The notes beneath the pieces were generated by a model. It made no database searches and had not been told where the DNA came from. It saw only the letters and a list, made by a program, of their open reading frames with translations. A stretch of 63,253 nt of DNA, counting the filler, from Octopus bimaculoides (taxonomy: Eukaryota): the NCBI RefSeq assembly GCF_001194135.2. It is 5 parts of 5 records of this genome, joined end to end, with 100 filler letters (N's around TTAATTAATTAA, not from the genome) between each part and the next. Parts side by side here need not be neighbours in the genome. Positions count along the whole stretch, not along the records: positions 35,573 to 56,337 come from NC_068993.1; positions 56,438 to 59,596 come from NW_026335278.1; positions 59,697 to 63,253 come from NC_069004.1; 2 more parts are not named here. One strand, 5' to 3'. Below, piece by piece: positions 49,537-62,870 of this stretch; position 1 is the first letter of the stretch, and the number at the start of each line of letters is the position of its first letter. Made by a program: the position numbers and the translations under genes.

Positions 49537-50411
49537 CTGTGTGTATATGTGTATATATNNNNNNNNNNNNNNNNNNNNNNNNNNNNNNNNNNNNNNNNNN
49601 NNNNNNNNNNNNNNNNNNNNNNNNNNNNNNNNNNNNNNNNNNNNNNNNNNNNNNNNNNNNNNNNNNNNNNNNNNNNNNNNNNNNNNNNNNNNNNNNNNNN
49701 NNNNNNNNNNNNNNNNNNNNNNNNNNNNNNNNNNNNNNNNNNNNNNNNNNNNNNNNNNNNNNNNNNNNNNNNNNNNNNNNNNNNNNNNNNNNNNNNNNNN
49801 NNNNNNNNNNNNNNNNNNNNNNNNNNNNNNNNNNNNNNNNNNNNNNNNNNNNNNNNNNNNNNNNNNNNNNNNNNNNNNNNNNNNNNNNNNNNNNNNNNNN
49901 NNNNNNNNNNNNNNNNNNNNNNNNNNNNNNNNNNNNNNNNNNNNNNNNNNNNNNNNNNNNNNNNNNNNNNNNNNNNNNNNNNNNNNNNNNNNNNNNNNNN
50001 NNNNNNNNNNNNNNNNNNNNNNNNNNNNNNNNNNNNNNNNNNNNNNNNNNNNNNNNNNNNNNNNNNNNNNNNNNNNNNNNNNNNNNNNNNNNNNNNNNNN
50101 NNNNNNNNNNNNNNNNNNNNNNNNNNNNNNNNNNNNNNNNNNNNNNNNNNNNNNNNNNNNNNNNNNNNNNNNNNNNNNNNNNNNNNNNNNNNNNNNNNNN
50201 NNNNNNNNNNNNNNNNNNNNNNNNNNNNNNNNNNNNNNNNNNNNNNNNNNNNNNNNNNNNNTTCATTGTAACTGATAAAGTTCTACTTTTGTAAACAAGT
50301 AAAGGTTGGTATGAGGTAAGGCATCCAGTTGTAGAATTCTACACAAATAAGTTTCATTCGACCCATGCCATCATGAAAAATAGTAGATGCAAAAGGATGA
50401 TACACACACAT

Positions 50412-50454
<43 letters not shown>

Positions 50455-52249
50455 CACACACACACGCACACACACACACACACACACGCACACATGCAAA
50501 CAATTTACGTATAGAAATGTTCTTGAAGACATTAGTAGAACATCATTCATATGAGTCTCACCATTCTGTGACAGCCTGTGAAGATCATATGCACTCCACC
50601 TTTTCATTCTGATAAAACCATAAATAAGAGTTCAAGGTCTCAATCTATAGCTGTGCAAGGAATGAATATAGTCTGTTAGATGTACGAGCAGCTTGTCCAT
50701 TAAATAGTCTATTTTATCATTTCATGTAAGCATCTTCTGAAGACAAGTCATTCATTTGGATAGCTTGCTTATAAGTCATATTTCATAACTTCTGAATACT
50801 TTTTATTTATTTCCATAGGTTTTATTTATTATAACAGAAGAACTAGTATTCATAATTTTGCAGGATCTCCAGGGCTGGTATGATGTATCTGGTGGATATT
50901 CTGGTTTAATTTCAATAAGTTAATGTCTGTCATAAAAAAATAATGTGACTATGCCGGAAATATCAGTGGTTAGTAGTTCTATGGAAGAAGGATTGGGGAA
51001 AGTCTTTAGTGTAGGACTTAATATGTGAGTTACAACACTATGTGAATGGTTTTCTAATATTCTCTTTCGTTTTATCAAGTTATAATGCGCAAAAAGCTTA
51101 AAGCATTCAGTATTCAAACTTTTCTTAAAAGATACTGCTTGTATTAAAAGATGTGGTTATTATTAGGTGAAGTTAGTTATATTGTGAGTATAATATTTAT
51201 TTAATATTGCAATGACTAAAAATCTATGAAGGAATGGAATTATTCACTGGAATACATATGAGTATATTCCACCGAAATGGAAACAGACATACATGTAATC
51301 ATAGCCACGGGCCGTGCACACATATTTAAAGTACTGTCAGATGAGCTTCCTTGTTACAGCTGTAAATAACATAATCTTTCACTTAGCATAACCGAGAAGA
51401 GACAAATGTTCTTCAAAAGCTGCCCCATTTACAATACATCACCAACAAGCACCCAGGTGGATAATGTTTGGTTCATCTGTAGCGCCAAAGGAGAAACATG
51501 GATCTTATTATCTCTTCACCCGACCCTTCTTTAATCTCAACATCATTACCTAACAGCTTTCGTTTCATAAAAATTCTTGCTTTATGGTCTGGGGAAATGT
51601 AATTTAAAACAAAAGCAAAAAAAAAAAAAATGTGAAATAAAAGAAAAGAAAAAAAAGGAAAACTTAATATCTGAATGAAAGGTGTGTGTGATATTGTACA
51701 TATGGCGAAAATAGCTCCTTGTTCAAGATTGGTAACCCTAGGGTAGAAAATTAGCGATGTAATTATTCTGCTCCATTAGACAAAACCAATCCCAACACTT
51801 GCCAATGGCCATGGGATATGTAGTGATGTCGGTTATGTTCTTCTGTGATTCCATTTTCAAATTGGTCCTTCAGAACCAAATTTTAACAGACATTTCCAGT
51901 GGATATGAAAGTTTATTTATTTAGTTTTCTTTTCATTCAACCAGATTTCTTAGCAAAATAAGACACTTTTATATTTCTTCAGATTGTAGCATGAAGTTTT
52001 CTCAACCTAACTCCTTCTCCTACATCATCAATGCTTGTATTGAAACCTACTTTGGCAACTTTGCTATTGAAAGCTACACATATTCAATTGATTTTTTTCA
52101 TGGCTGGAGCTGGCGATTTGGTATTAGCATATGTAGGCATGCATTTAGATGCTCACACACATGCACGCACACACAAATGCATGTGCATGCAAGCATTAGT
52201 CCCTTTAATTTCCTTTTCTCATAAACCATTTCCTATTTAGTTTCGACAG

Positions 52250-53388
52250 AGTATTAAGGCAGAGAAAGCCTGAGTTAATTTTGGAGGTCCTCCTTCTTCA
52301 ATTTATATCTGTATTGAGATAGTTTTGGATCAAGCCACTTCTTGTATTCATGATATATGGGCTGTCCAAAGGGTAAGAAATACTAAAATTTCATCCTTTA
52401 TGTCATTCAATCTAACGTATCATATGGATATTCTAATGAATCTGTATAGTTCTATTTTATGCACTACTTGAGAACTTTTCTTCTCTATCCAATATTGTCA
52501 CCAGCATTCTTCATCTGAATCCAAAATAAAACTCCTTACTTGCTTGCTAAATTATTCCTCATGTATAGCCTCTAACCCTTCTGTTTTTTGTTTTTTTTTT
52601 CAATTTTTTTTTTATATATATATATCAAAACTCTTGAGTAACAATTCTACTTAACAATATTTCTACCCTGTGGAAGCAAAATGATATAAAGTAAATATGG
52701 TAACAATATTTCTACCCTGTAGAAGCAAAATGATATAAAGTAAATATGGTATTATACTACCATCTTATAGGTCTTCAGTTCAAATTCATGCAAGCATTTA
52801 TTTATAGCAGTAACCATAATTCAATGTATATCCCAGTAAAATTTGGTTTGCTGCCCCAAACACATAAAATATCTACTGTGTATAGTGTGCACCAGTCTAT
52901 TTTAAGTAACATTTCCAAATCATTTGGGAGTGTTACTTAAGATGGATAAACCAGTGTTCTATCCCAAGGCTAATCAGAGATTTATCTCACATCTAGCAAT
53001 TTTTCTTTGAAAGTATTTTGGAAGTTTGGATACATTGGCTACATTAATATTACATATATTCTTATTTCAGTTCTGTTTTATAACCCACTTCGGTTGTATG
53101 CATTCTAGGAAGGCTTCAACAAACTATGGAACAACTACGTCTTTTGTGAACTATAATATGAAAAAAGCATAGTAATGTGAAGCATGGAATGGACACAGGC
53201 AATACTATGAAATAGATATACAGGCATGGCTATGTGGTAAAGAAGTCTGCATTGCAACCACTTAGTTCTCAATTTAATTGCATTGCGTGAAAGCCTGGAC
53301 AAATATCTTCCTAAAGCCCTTGAGTTGACCACTACCTTCTAAGCGGATTTTTGGGTTGAAGGAAACTGTGAAGAGGTCCATTGTATGC

Positions 53389-53422
<34 letters not shown>

Positions 53423-54300
53423 TTCGCCATGATAGATCGCTAACCACTACACACATTTTTTTTCTCTGCTTGTTTCTTTCTGTGTTCCTTTCTGTAGAAG
53501 AGCCTAGGCTCAAAACAATAAAGACTTTTTCAATTCCTGAGCGTTATACTAATACATCTGTTTGTTTTCTACACCACCTGCCTTCGTTTTTTGTTTTTTG
53601 TGAATTCTCCCTATATATATAGGCAATTAATCAAAGATTAGACCTTTGGTAAACTGAAAGAGCTAAGCTTGTAGAACATATGTAAGGATTAGCCAACTTA
53701 AAATCTGTATCTGCTCTATCTCTTCGAAGATATGGAAATGTGCTTAAAATGAAATGCAACTATTTTTATTCTATAACTTAGTTCAATTGATCCACTAAAT
53801 GTTGGAATTTTTGTTCCAACTTTCTTTTGATTGTGTAAGGATGATTTCTGGGTGTGTGAATTATTTGATTTCTTATTAACTGGCTGATACTTTAGTACAA
53901 TCTACTCTTTTGAAATGGTGATAATATGGAAGTTTTGTGGTTGCTGTAGAATGTAATCCCAGATATATCAACCCACAAGTTTGGAGAACCTCTTACACCA
54001 GTCTAATAGAATCTAAAATTGTCCCTTGCATTCTGAATATAGAATGGTTCTGTGGCAATTTTATTTCACGTTTTAATTCAGTTACAGAATCAGCTTGTTC
54101 TTCATACAGTTTGCATTCTAGTGGGTGGAAGGCCTCTCTTGGTTAGGATACTGAATCTGGTCATTGTTGTTTACCTGAAGATAGTTTCTGATGAGCAAAT
54201 CTATATCGAGAATGTTCCAGCCTTGACTATCCCTTTTTTTTTTTTTTTTATAATTAGAAATGCACTGACCAGTCTTCTTTTCTTAAGATAATGGGTTATC
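52250..54300 (-). mobile_element. Very old LINE remnant (CR1/L2/Crack-like), interrupted by a family-B SINE at ~53218-53390
   Basis: Only weak minus-strand fragments (LPQNHSIFR..G..LDSI; P...TEVG; W...S....YRFI); many stops. Confidence 0.3.
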
Positions 54301-54871
54301 ATTTGAGTGATATTTGTCTGCTATTTCTAGCATGACTACACAGAAACTCTCTTGTTGACTTGGCTCAACCTGTTCTAATAGCTGGGCTTTGCTGAAGCTA
54401 CTGGACTGGATAAATTTCAACCACACTGAAAACTAATTGAAGACAAATATTATGCACAATCAATGGAATTTTTCTGTCACTGTAAAACTAGTCTGTTTTG
54501 ACACTGAAAACTTAGTGTCTGCTTCTCAGTACCACAACTCCAAAGAGAGTTAAATCGAGTAGATTGCAGTGAAATCAATAAATGCTACATGTGTGTCAAA
54601 GATTTTCTTTCTCAGACACAATTATAACACAAACATAACAATACAGCATAGTTTTTAGCAGTCCACTTCCTCCCCATTCTCCAAGACTGGGTTTGAGTGT
54701 GTTGGCAGCCATGACAGATTCTCATTCCATTAAATGTTATTACATATGGCGCTATCACATTGTTTCTGCCGAGATCTTACAGAAGATGTCATTACATGAA
54801 GATGTGCTTGAAAGATAAAAATGAAATAGAAATAGAAATGGAAAAGGAGAGGAAAATTACAACTCTTCTGT

Positions 54872-54927
<56 letters not shown>

Positions 54928-55026
54928 CCATCATCATCATGATCTTTTAACGTCTGTTTTCCCTGCTGGCTTGTATATACATATGTATGTGTTTGTGTAT
55001 GTATATGTGCGTATATNNNNNNNNNN

Positions 55027-55067
<41 letters not shown>

Positions 55068-55089
55068 CCCACATACATATGTTTGTATA

Positions 55090-55123
<34 letters not shown>

Positions 55124-55319
55124 CACGCATATTATTTATATCGTAATCATTTGGTGTCCATGTTCCATGTTGGCATTGGTTGTATTCTTATACAGAAACC
55201 AGTGAATTCAAGGACTGCATTGTGCCACACTGTCTACTTTGGCATGGCTTCTAAGGCTGGATGCCTTTCGTAATGCCAACCACTTTACAGCATATATTGT
55301 GAGCTTTTTCTACTTTCTT

Positions 55320-55464
55320 GTAGTTAGAGACGAGGACAAACGAAATAAGTTTTATATTGGAAGTTCAGTGAATTTTAAAGCCAGGTATAGGGCGCACATG
55401 AGTTCTTTTTCTAATGAGAAATATTATAATTCCACAACACTCACTTCTTACCTGCATGACAATC
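55320..55464 (+). mobile_element. GIY-YIG endonuclease fragment (Penelope-type)
   Basis: NKFYIGSSVNFKARYRAHMSSFSNEKYYNSTTLTSYL has the YIG motif, catalytic R and the F...Y..ST.LS.Y pattern. Confidence 0.75.
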
Positions 55465-55891
55465 TNNNNNNNNNNCTTGAATAAGTTTATCGAGGTAATC
55501 CCTTTTTGCAATCATAAATTTTCCTCCACCTTCCTAAAACTATATAAAAATAGAAATAAGAACAAAAATAATAGTATTAGTAGTGGTAATAATGGTAATA
55601 ATGGTGATAATAATAGTAATGATAGAAATAAAAATTAAAAATAAAAATAAAAAGACAAAAATATTGATATAAAAATATGGATACAATGGTAGTATTTATT
55701 TTTTTATCATGGCTTACGTTGGATTTGAAACCTAATAGTTTTATTTAGTTACCAAACCTGCCTGACTTTTCTAAAGGGTATACTAAAAATTAAAAATTTT
55801 TTTTTGGTCTAGTCCATATTATTTATTTAAGCTTGCTCTCATAATTACAATCTTTTGACTGGTGCCTTCGTTGATATTTGTGTGTGTTCTT

Positions 55892-55973
55892 TACCCTGAA
55901 GAGGGGGTTATCACTAGTTTGTGCTCTATTGTGCTCTAAATACGGTGATATACCCCCAAAATGGCCATAGGTG
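55892..55973 (+). ncRNA. Hammerhead-like motif, CpG-decayed core (GAAA to AAAA)
   Basis: tacc-CTGAAGA-ggggt tatcac...gtgata tacccc-(A)AAA-t ggcc AUA-ggtg. Stems I and II and the palindromic stem III (atggccat) are all present. Confidence 0.55.
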
Positions 55974-56337
55974 TTTTGTGTTTGTATTCTGACCTATATT
56001 TGTAATCCTTTGTAAATGATGTTAAAATATGGATTGACTTTACCGATGTTACCTGCTGGATGTTTGTTTAATGTATTGACTTGTGTGCCTTGATTTTCTT
56101 GGACTTAAATAATGTTGATGGTGAAATATGGATTTTACTTTGTTACACATTGGATGTTCTGTTATTATGTCATCCCGTGTACTTCGGTATTCCTGTGTAT
56201 GAAGTATGAAATTGGATTTTACCTGCTAAATTTGATGTCATGAGGGAAGTAATGAACTTTCGTACAATTTAAACTTAAACTTCTTTTATTAGCCATCACA
56301 GAGGAGTTCAAGACAGGTTGCCCCTGGGAGCTCCTCT

Positions 56338-56437
56338 NNNNNNNNNNNNNNNNNNNNNNNNNNNNNNNNNNNNNNNNNNNNTTAATTAATTAANNNNNNN
56401 NNNNNNNNNNNNNNNNNNNNNNNNNNNNNNNNNNNNN
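56338..56437. other. Artificial 100-bp scaffold spacer
   Basis: 44N-TTAATTAATTAA-44N. Confidence 0.95.
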
Positions 56438-56764
56438 GTGCCCGTGGCATGTGTAAGGACTTTCGAGCAAGATCGTTGCCAGTTCCCCTGGACTGGCTCT
56501 TGTGCGGGTGGCACATAAAATACACCATTTCGAGCGTGGCCGTTGCCAGTATCGCCTGATTGGCCTTCGTGCGGGTGACACGTAAAAGCACCTACTACAC
56601 TCTCGGAGTGGTTGGCGTTAGGAAGAGCATCCAGCTGTAGAAACTCTGCCAAATCAGATTGGAGCCTGGTGTAGCCTTCGGGTTCCACCAGTCCTCAGTC
56701 AAATCGTCCAACCCATGCTAGCATGGAAAGCGGACGTTAAACAATGTTGACGATGATGATGATG
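56438..56764 (+). mobile_element. RTE-related 3'-end repeat with (GAT)n tail
   Basis: Near-identical in reverse to 24999-25319. Confidence 0.8.
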
Positions 56765-57949
56765 TATATATATGTATATATGTATATATATGTATATATG
56801 TATATATATGTATATATGTATATATATATATATGTATGAGAAAGTTGGTATGTGAAAGCACGTGGCTGGATGTATAAAAGATAATAAGGGTGAAAAAACT
56901 ACAGAAGNNNNNNNNNNNNNNNNNNNNNNNNNNNNNNNNNNNNNNNNNNNNNNNNNNNNNNNNNNNNNNNNNNNNNNNNNNNNNNNNNNNNNNNNNNNNN
57001 NNNNNNNNNNNNNNNNNNNNNNNNNNNNNNNNNNNNNNNNNNNNNNNNNNNNNNNNNNNNNNNNNNNNNNNNNNNNNNNNNNNNNNNNNNNNNNNNNNNN
57101 NNNNNNNNNNNNNNNNNNNNNNNNNNNNNNNNNNNNNNNNNNNNNNNNNNNNNNNNNNNNNNNNNNNNNNNNNNNNNNNNNNNNNNNNNNNNNNNNNNNN
57201 NNNNNNNNNNNNNNNGAATTTCCTTATTTAAATGTGTTAGCAATGGTTAAGTTTGGGTTTGTATTTTTGAATGAAAAAGGTTTCCTTATTTAATCTAATC
57301 TGTGTTGGTGTTTTAATGGCACATTGATAGAAAGGAAAGATTATAAATTGTGGTAGCATTTGTTTTGCTCATTTCTCAATATGATCACTAAAAGGTATCA
57401 TTCGGTATTCTGGGCATGCAATCTGCTGGCGGTGCAGAGTGCATCTACGTCTGAGCGATAATCCTGTGGACCCTATGTAGTTCTTGTGGCAGCCCGGGCA
57501 TCTTATTACATAAATAAGATTTTCTGAGGCACAAGTACCTTATATCTATAATGTTGATGTGTTTAGGTGTATGTTCTTGTCACAGATCACGTATGTGTAG
57601 TTGTGTGTGTTTTTACGTTTCTATGTTATGAAAAATATGTTAGAGGTAGAGGGATAGAAGAAGCTATTACATGGGAGGGAGGTAGAAGAACGAAGTAAGA
57701 GTGAAAAGGTAGAAGGAAAGAATAGTCTTAAAGCAAGTTAATCTATGACTTTGTATGTCTCGCTCTCTCTCTCTCTCTCTCTCTCACTCTCTCTCTCTCT
57801 CCCTCTTTTACTCTTACTCTCTATATTATATGTTGAGCACGTGATCGATGTGTAAGAACGCCAGTACAGGTAGAAGAGAAGAAATAGAAAAGTTGCTAGA
57901 AACAACAGCCAAATCTCCCTTAAATCACACAAAGTAAACGGAATTTAAA

Positions 57950-59510
57950 AAATCAAATTACTGTAGTGGAAAGTTCTGTAGTGTTTGCTGGAGTTGGTGA
58001 GTCCGTTCGAGGAACGGAGGGAACTGAATGTAAGTCCTCCTCGATGAAGGGTTTTTTTTCAAACGATCAATCGATACCGTATTTTGTTTACCTCCCATAT
58101 CGAGAACGAAATACTTGGGTTCTCTTTTGATAACTTTGTAGGACCCAGAATATGGTGGTCGAAGTTGTGATGGTATCCCATCATTCCTCACGAAAATATG
58201 AGTCCAAGTATTGATGTACTTTGGGACATGTAAAACGATGTTCTGTTGTCTGGGGGCTACAGGTGACAAATGTGACATGGATGTCCGTAATCGATGCACA
58301 TATTGTGCTGGGTCAGGAAGGTCTTGTGATGAAACAGGTTCGATCATCTGCCCAGATAAGGTGAGTGCTATGCCATAGACGAGTTCAGACGGAGTATATC
58401 CAAGTTCCTTCTTAACCGTGGATTGAATACCAAGAAGGATGAGGGGGAGATGTTCCAGCCAGTGAGAACTGTCTGAAGATGCTTTTATGGATGCCTTGAG
58501 TTGGCGGTGAAAACGTTCAACCATGCTGCAGGGTGGTAAGCCGTAGTGCGGGTGTGATTACACCCGAGGAGACGAGTCAGCTCGATGAAGGGGTGGGAAT
58601 CGAACTGACGTCCTCTGTCCGTGGTTATTGTTGCAGGTGTGCCAAAACGCGAAACCTATTGTGATATCAGCGTTTTGGCGACCGTTTCCGCCGATGTATC
58701 AGATAGGGGCCAAGCTTCGGGCCACCGCGAAAAACGATCTACGCAGGTAAGCAAATGTGTATAATTCTGCGAAGGTGGCAGAGGTCCCACGATGTCGATG
58801 TGAATTTGCTGAAACCGTGCGTCGGGTTGCGAAAAGGAACCGACTGGTGCTTTTATGTGCCGGTAGGTTTTCGATTTTTGGCACGCGACACAGCACTTGG
58901 TCCATTCTCTGATATCCTTGTTGATACTGGTCCACACAAAACGGGTCGATATCAGCTTTTGAGTGGGGCGAATACCAGGGTGTGACAAAGAATGCAGAGC
59001 AGAGAAAACTTCTCAACGATGTTTCTGTGGTATATAAGGGCGTTGGTGACCGGTGGAGATATCACACTAAATATGGGCCGTGGACGATAGTAGCGGAACA
59101 TGCTGAAATTTCAGAGATGACGATTCCTGGAGCTTTAGAAGTTCTTCGTCATTCTCCTGGTCAGCTGCTATACGTGCCAGATCAATTGTAGCCGGAGTGT
59201 GGATAGCATTGGTCTGCGTGCGTGAAAGTGCATCGACTGCTAAGTTGGTCGTCCCTTTGATGTGGCGTATATCCGTCGTATACTGCGATATGAAGTCGAG
59301 GTGGCGGATTTCTCTCGGCGAGTGGCGATCCGGCTTGGTGTTAAATGCATATACCAGTGGCTTGTAGTCAGTGTATATGGCAAAATTAGTGCCTTCTAGC
59401 ATCTGTCGGAAATGCTTAACGGCCAGGTATGCCTCTAGTAATTCCCGACTGAATGTACTTTATTTCGTTTCCGCGGGTTTTAACCGCTTAGAAAAGCCCC
59501 TCAAACTCCC
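57950..59510 (-). mobile_element. Ty3/Gypsy LTR retrotransposon pol fragment (RNase H-like + integrase), frameshifted
   Basis: AFFSKRL..AET..STFSRELL..YLAVKHFR, YTD.KPL, N..VDALSR; HHCC zinc region (HPGI...C..CQ); DDE motifs [26 protein letters not shown]-before-IN order indicates Gypsy. Confidence 0.92.
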
Positions 59511-59552
59511 TAAATATAGTATATATATGTAGGTGTGTGTTTTGTGTGTGTG

Positions 59553-59596
<44 letters not shown>

Positions 59597-59696
59597 NNNN
59601 NNNNNNNNNNNNNNNNNNNNNNNNNNNNNNNNNNNNNNNNTTAATTAATTAANNNNNNNNNNNNNNNNNNNNNNNNNNNNNNNNNNNNNNNNNNNN
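59597..59696. other. Artificial 100-bp scaffold spacer
   Basis: 44N-TTAATTAATTAA-44N. Confidence 0.95.
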
Positions 59697-59758
59697 ACTA
59701 GTCAAGTACTGGGGTCGACTTACCCTCTCCCCCAAAATTCCAGGCCTTGTGCCTATAG

Positions 59759-59776
59759 GATTATTATTATTATTAA

Positions 59777-59848
<72 letters not shown>
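59759..59848. repeat. (TAT)n microsatellite, tail of a family-A SINE fragment (59697-59758)
   Basis: About 30 TAT units following GGCCTTGTGCCTATAG.A. Confidence 0.9.
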
Positions 59849-60519
59849 CAAAACTTTGCAATGCCAAAATAATCCATCATGTAAACTACACAGAAAGTAA
59901 TAGAGCGAGATCTCAGTATGTCGCATACTTCTACCTTTTAATCAATTCGTGTCATTGTTCAACCGATATCCCATATTTAATTATAAGTATTTAATTAGCC
60001 TTCTTGTAATTTACAAATTCTGTTAAAAACGCACCAATTCCTCAAATTCCAATGCCAACAGATATTTCTTCACTCTACTTATCTTGTTCTTCGACCTCCT
60101 CCCTAATTGAAAGGTTTACAAATTTACACAGCGACCACCCAATGCATTAAAAGTTACACAAACCCATATTTAAAATCTTTTTCCTTCTGTTTTCGTATAC
60201 GTCAATTTTAACCTAATAATTAATAGTTTAATTAATTAATATTCTAATGTATTCAATTTGAAATGTTTCTTCTTAATTTGACATTACCTCTTTACTTAGT
60301 ATATTTAATTAGTTCATAGTGGTGTTTAAATATACACTCAGCTGTTATCAGAATTGTTTGGGTTGACAAAACCCCACAAAATATGACGATGTTTAACATT
60401 ACTTATGCTGTATTTTCATATTCTTGTATATCAAAATTATACACACACACACAAACACACACATATATATTTATATATATATATTTATGTATGTGTGTGT
60501 AAGTATATATGTATGTATG

Positions 60520-60551
<32 letters not shown>

Positions 60552-60604
60552 ATACACCTGCTTGTTGGTTCCTCGCCTGTCTTCGTCTTTTGTTTTTTGT
60601 AAAT

Positions 60605-60760
60605 GTGTACTCAGTGGTTAGAATGTTGGGTTCACGATCATGAGGTGGTGAGTTCAATTGCCGGACTGGACTGAGTGTTGTGCTCTTGAGCAAGACACTT
60701 TTTTTCCACATCACTGTAATTCATTCAGCTATAGAAATGAGTTGTGACGTCACTGCCAAG
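60605..60760 (+). mobile_element. tRNA-derived SINE (third family)
   Basis: CTCAGTGGTTAGAA A-box, GAGTTCAATT B-box, then a TTGAGCAAGACACTT body. Confidence 0.65.
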
Positions 60761-60817
60761 GTGTATCGACCTCCGCCTTTTCCTTTCTTTCTGTGCATTA
60801 TCTTTTAGTCTGAAAAA

Positions 60818-61035
60818 AGGCGGCAAGCCGGCAGAGTCGTTAGCAGGCTGGGCGATATGCTTAGCGGTATTTGACCCGTCGCTACGTTCTGAGTTCAAAT
60901 TCCGCCGCGGTCGACTTTGCTTTTCATCCTTTCAGGGTCGATAAACAAAATACCGGTTGAGTACTGGGGTCGATGCAATCGACTTAACCCCTTCCTCCAA
61001 ATTTCAGGTCTTGTGCCTATAATAGAAAGGTTTAT
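60818..61035 (+). mobile_element. tRNA-derived SINE (family A)
   Basis: GGCGGCAAGCCGGCAGAGTCGTTAGC...GAGTTCAAATTCCGCC..GGTCGACTTTGC. Confidence 0.85.
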
Positions 61036-61149
61036 TTTTAGTCTAAAGAACTGGCAATAACCGACAGAGCACATATAAGTTTCCTGTCTTGTGTTGGCAA
61101 ATACTGGAATGGTTTCTCTTTTAATCCTCCTTCACAGCTTAAAGCTGTC

Positions 61150-61665
61150 TGTGTAGAGAGGAAGCTTGCTTCCAAACCATGTGATCTTGGGTTCAGTCCT
61201 ACTGCGTGGCTCCTTGGGTGTTCTCTGTTAAAGCCCTGGGTCGAGCAAAGCCTTGTGATCGGATTTGGTTAAAGGGAAACTGAAAGCAACCCGTCGCGCG
61301 TGCATGTGTGTGTATGTATGTGTATCTGTATGTATGTGTGCATGTGTGTAAGTATGTGTGTAAGTATGTGTGTATGTATTTATGCGTGATGTTTGTGCAT
61401 TTATGTGTGTGCATGTATTTGTGTGTATGTATGTATGTGCATGTGTGTATGTATGTGTGTATCTAAGTATGTCTATGTTTGTGTTTGTTGCCCACCGTCC
61501 CTTGACAACCGGTGTTAATTTGTTTACGTCCTCGTAAACTAGCAGTTCGGCAAAAGATTAACGACAGAATAAATACCAGGCTTACAAAAACAAATACCGA
61601 AGTTTATATCTTCGATTAAATCCTTCAAAGCGCTGCTCCAGCATGGCCGCAGTCCAGTGAATGAA
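61150..61665 (+). mobile_element. tRNA-derived SINE (family B) split by an internal microsatellite
   Basis: Head at 61150-61295; body at 61480-61665 ending GCTCCAGCATGGCCGCAGTC. Confidence 0.7.
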
Positions 61666-62629
61666 ACCAATCACGGCGGTCTTGATAAAAGAAGTCTTAC
61701 AGAGAGATTATCGCTGTTTTGTCATTGTCACATCCTTTGTTTGGAGAAGCATTCATCAGTATTTCTCAGTACTTTCATGTGCACTAAACGTACATCGCTC
61801 TCCGAATATAGCAGGCATCGCACCTCATTTAGGCTCGTGGCGATGTTCTCTCTCTTAGCGAAAACTCACCAGACAGAAATTATGTGGTCAATCGTTCCTC
61901 TCTTATGGTTACTGATTGCATAATGGATAGGTTGCGTTAGATTTTTGTCTCATTATTTTATTTTGGTAGTTATTTGTGGCTAGACACTAGTCTTTCCAGT
62001 CTAATAATATCAAACCATTCCTTTCAGTCTTTAATCTAGAACTTTTGAGCCATTGTTAGCTTTTATACTGACATATTTCCTCTCTCTGTCGATTCTCGCA
62101 GGATATTGACCATGGCGTACTCTCTCTCTCTCTCTCTCTATTATATTTATTCTATTATAGCTTTTCATTCCATTTTCATTTCATATTGTGGCTCGTTTTT
62201 TTCTGTTGCTTTGTCTTCACCTAAATACCTTTCTTCAATCTAATTAGCTTCTATTTTGTACTTTGTATTGTCTTTATATATAATGCGTTTTATTTCTTGA
62301 TTCTCCCCTTATTAAACTAACCACTCTTCTTCTACCTGCTTCCAAGTATTTTTCTAAAGCAACTGTCGTTCCTTTGTCATATTCCCCTGCTTGTTATCAA
62401 AGCCCTTCCTCCTAGCTATGTCCCATCTATTTCGGATTTACGATGGCGGTTCGGGAGACATTGAGTAATTTTCCTCATCAAGTTTCACTCCATTTCTTTT
62501 ATAATAGATTAGAGTTGTTTATTCTTCAGTTAACTATTGTTAACTAAATATTTCTAGTATTACTGAATTTGGCTTATAATTTAGTTATTAATGTATCTGT
62601 CTCCGATGATGGATATCCTCGTTGACAGA

Positions 62630-62870
62630 AATCTACGTTGGGACATGTACACAGGAAGGACAGCAGTTGGCTCATCAGACAAATCCTTTATTCCCAACTA
62701 CGCGAGGGGAAGAGAAACCAAGAAAGACTTATACTGCGATTCGAAGATACTGAAGAAAGGAGTATGAAATGGAAAGGAATTGATCATAATAAATGGCAAA
62801 CTCAAGAGGAAAAACCGATCAGCATGGAGAAAGCTTATCGAGTCGTGTGCCAAAGCCATGAGCAGTCATA
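62630..62870 (+). mobile_element. RTE LINE extreme 3' fragment
   Basis: GHVHRKDSSWLIRQILYSQLREGKRNQ....LRFED...RSMK..GIDH..W. Confidence 0.7.

Noticed and set aside
57400-57950. 3' LTR of the Gypsy fragment
   Set aside because: Only a weak purine tract (AAGGGAGA) is visible, and there is no second LTR or TG...CA boundary to support it.
59649-59994. Poly-Asn / poly-Leu ORFs
   Set aside because: Translation of a (TAT)n SINE tail.
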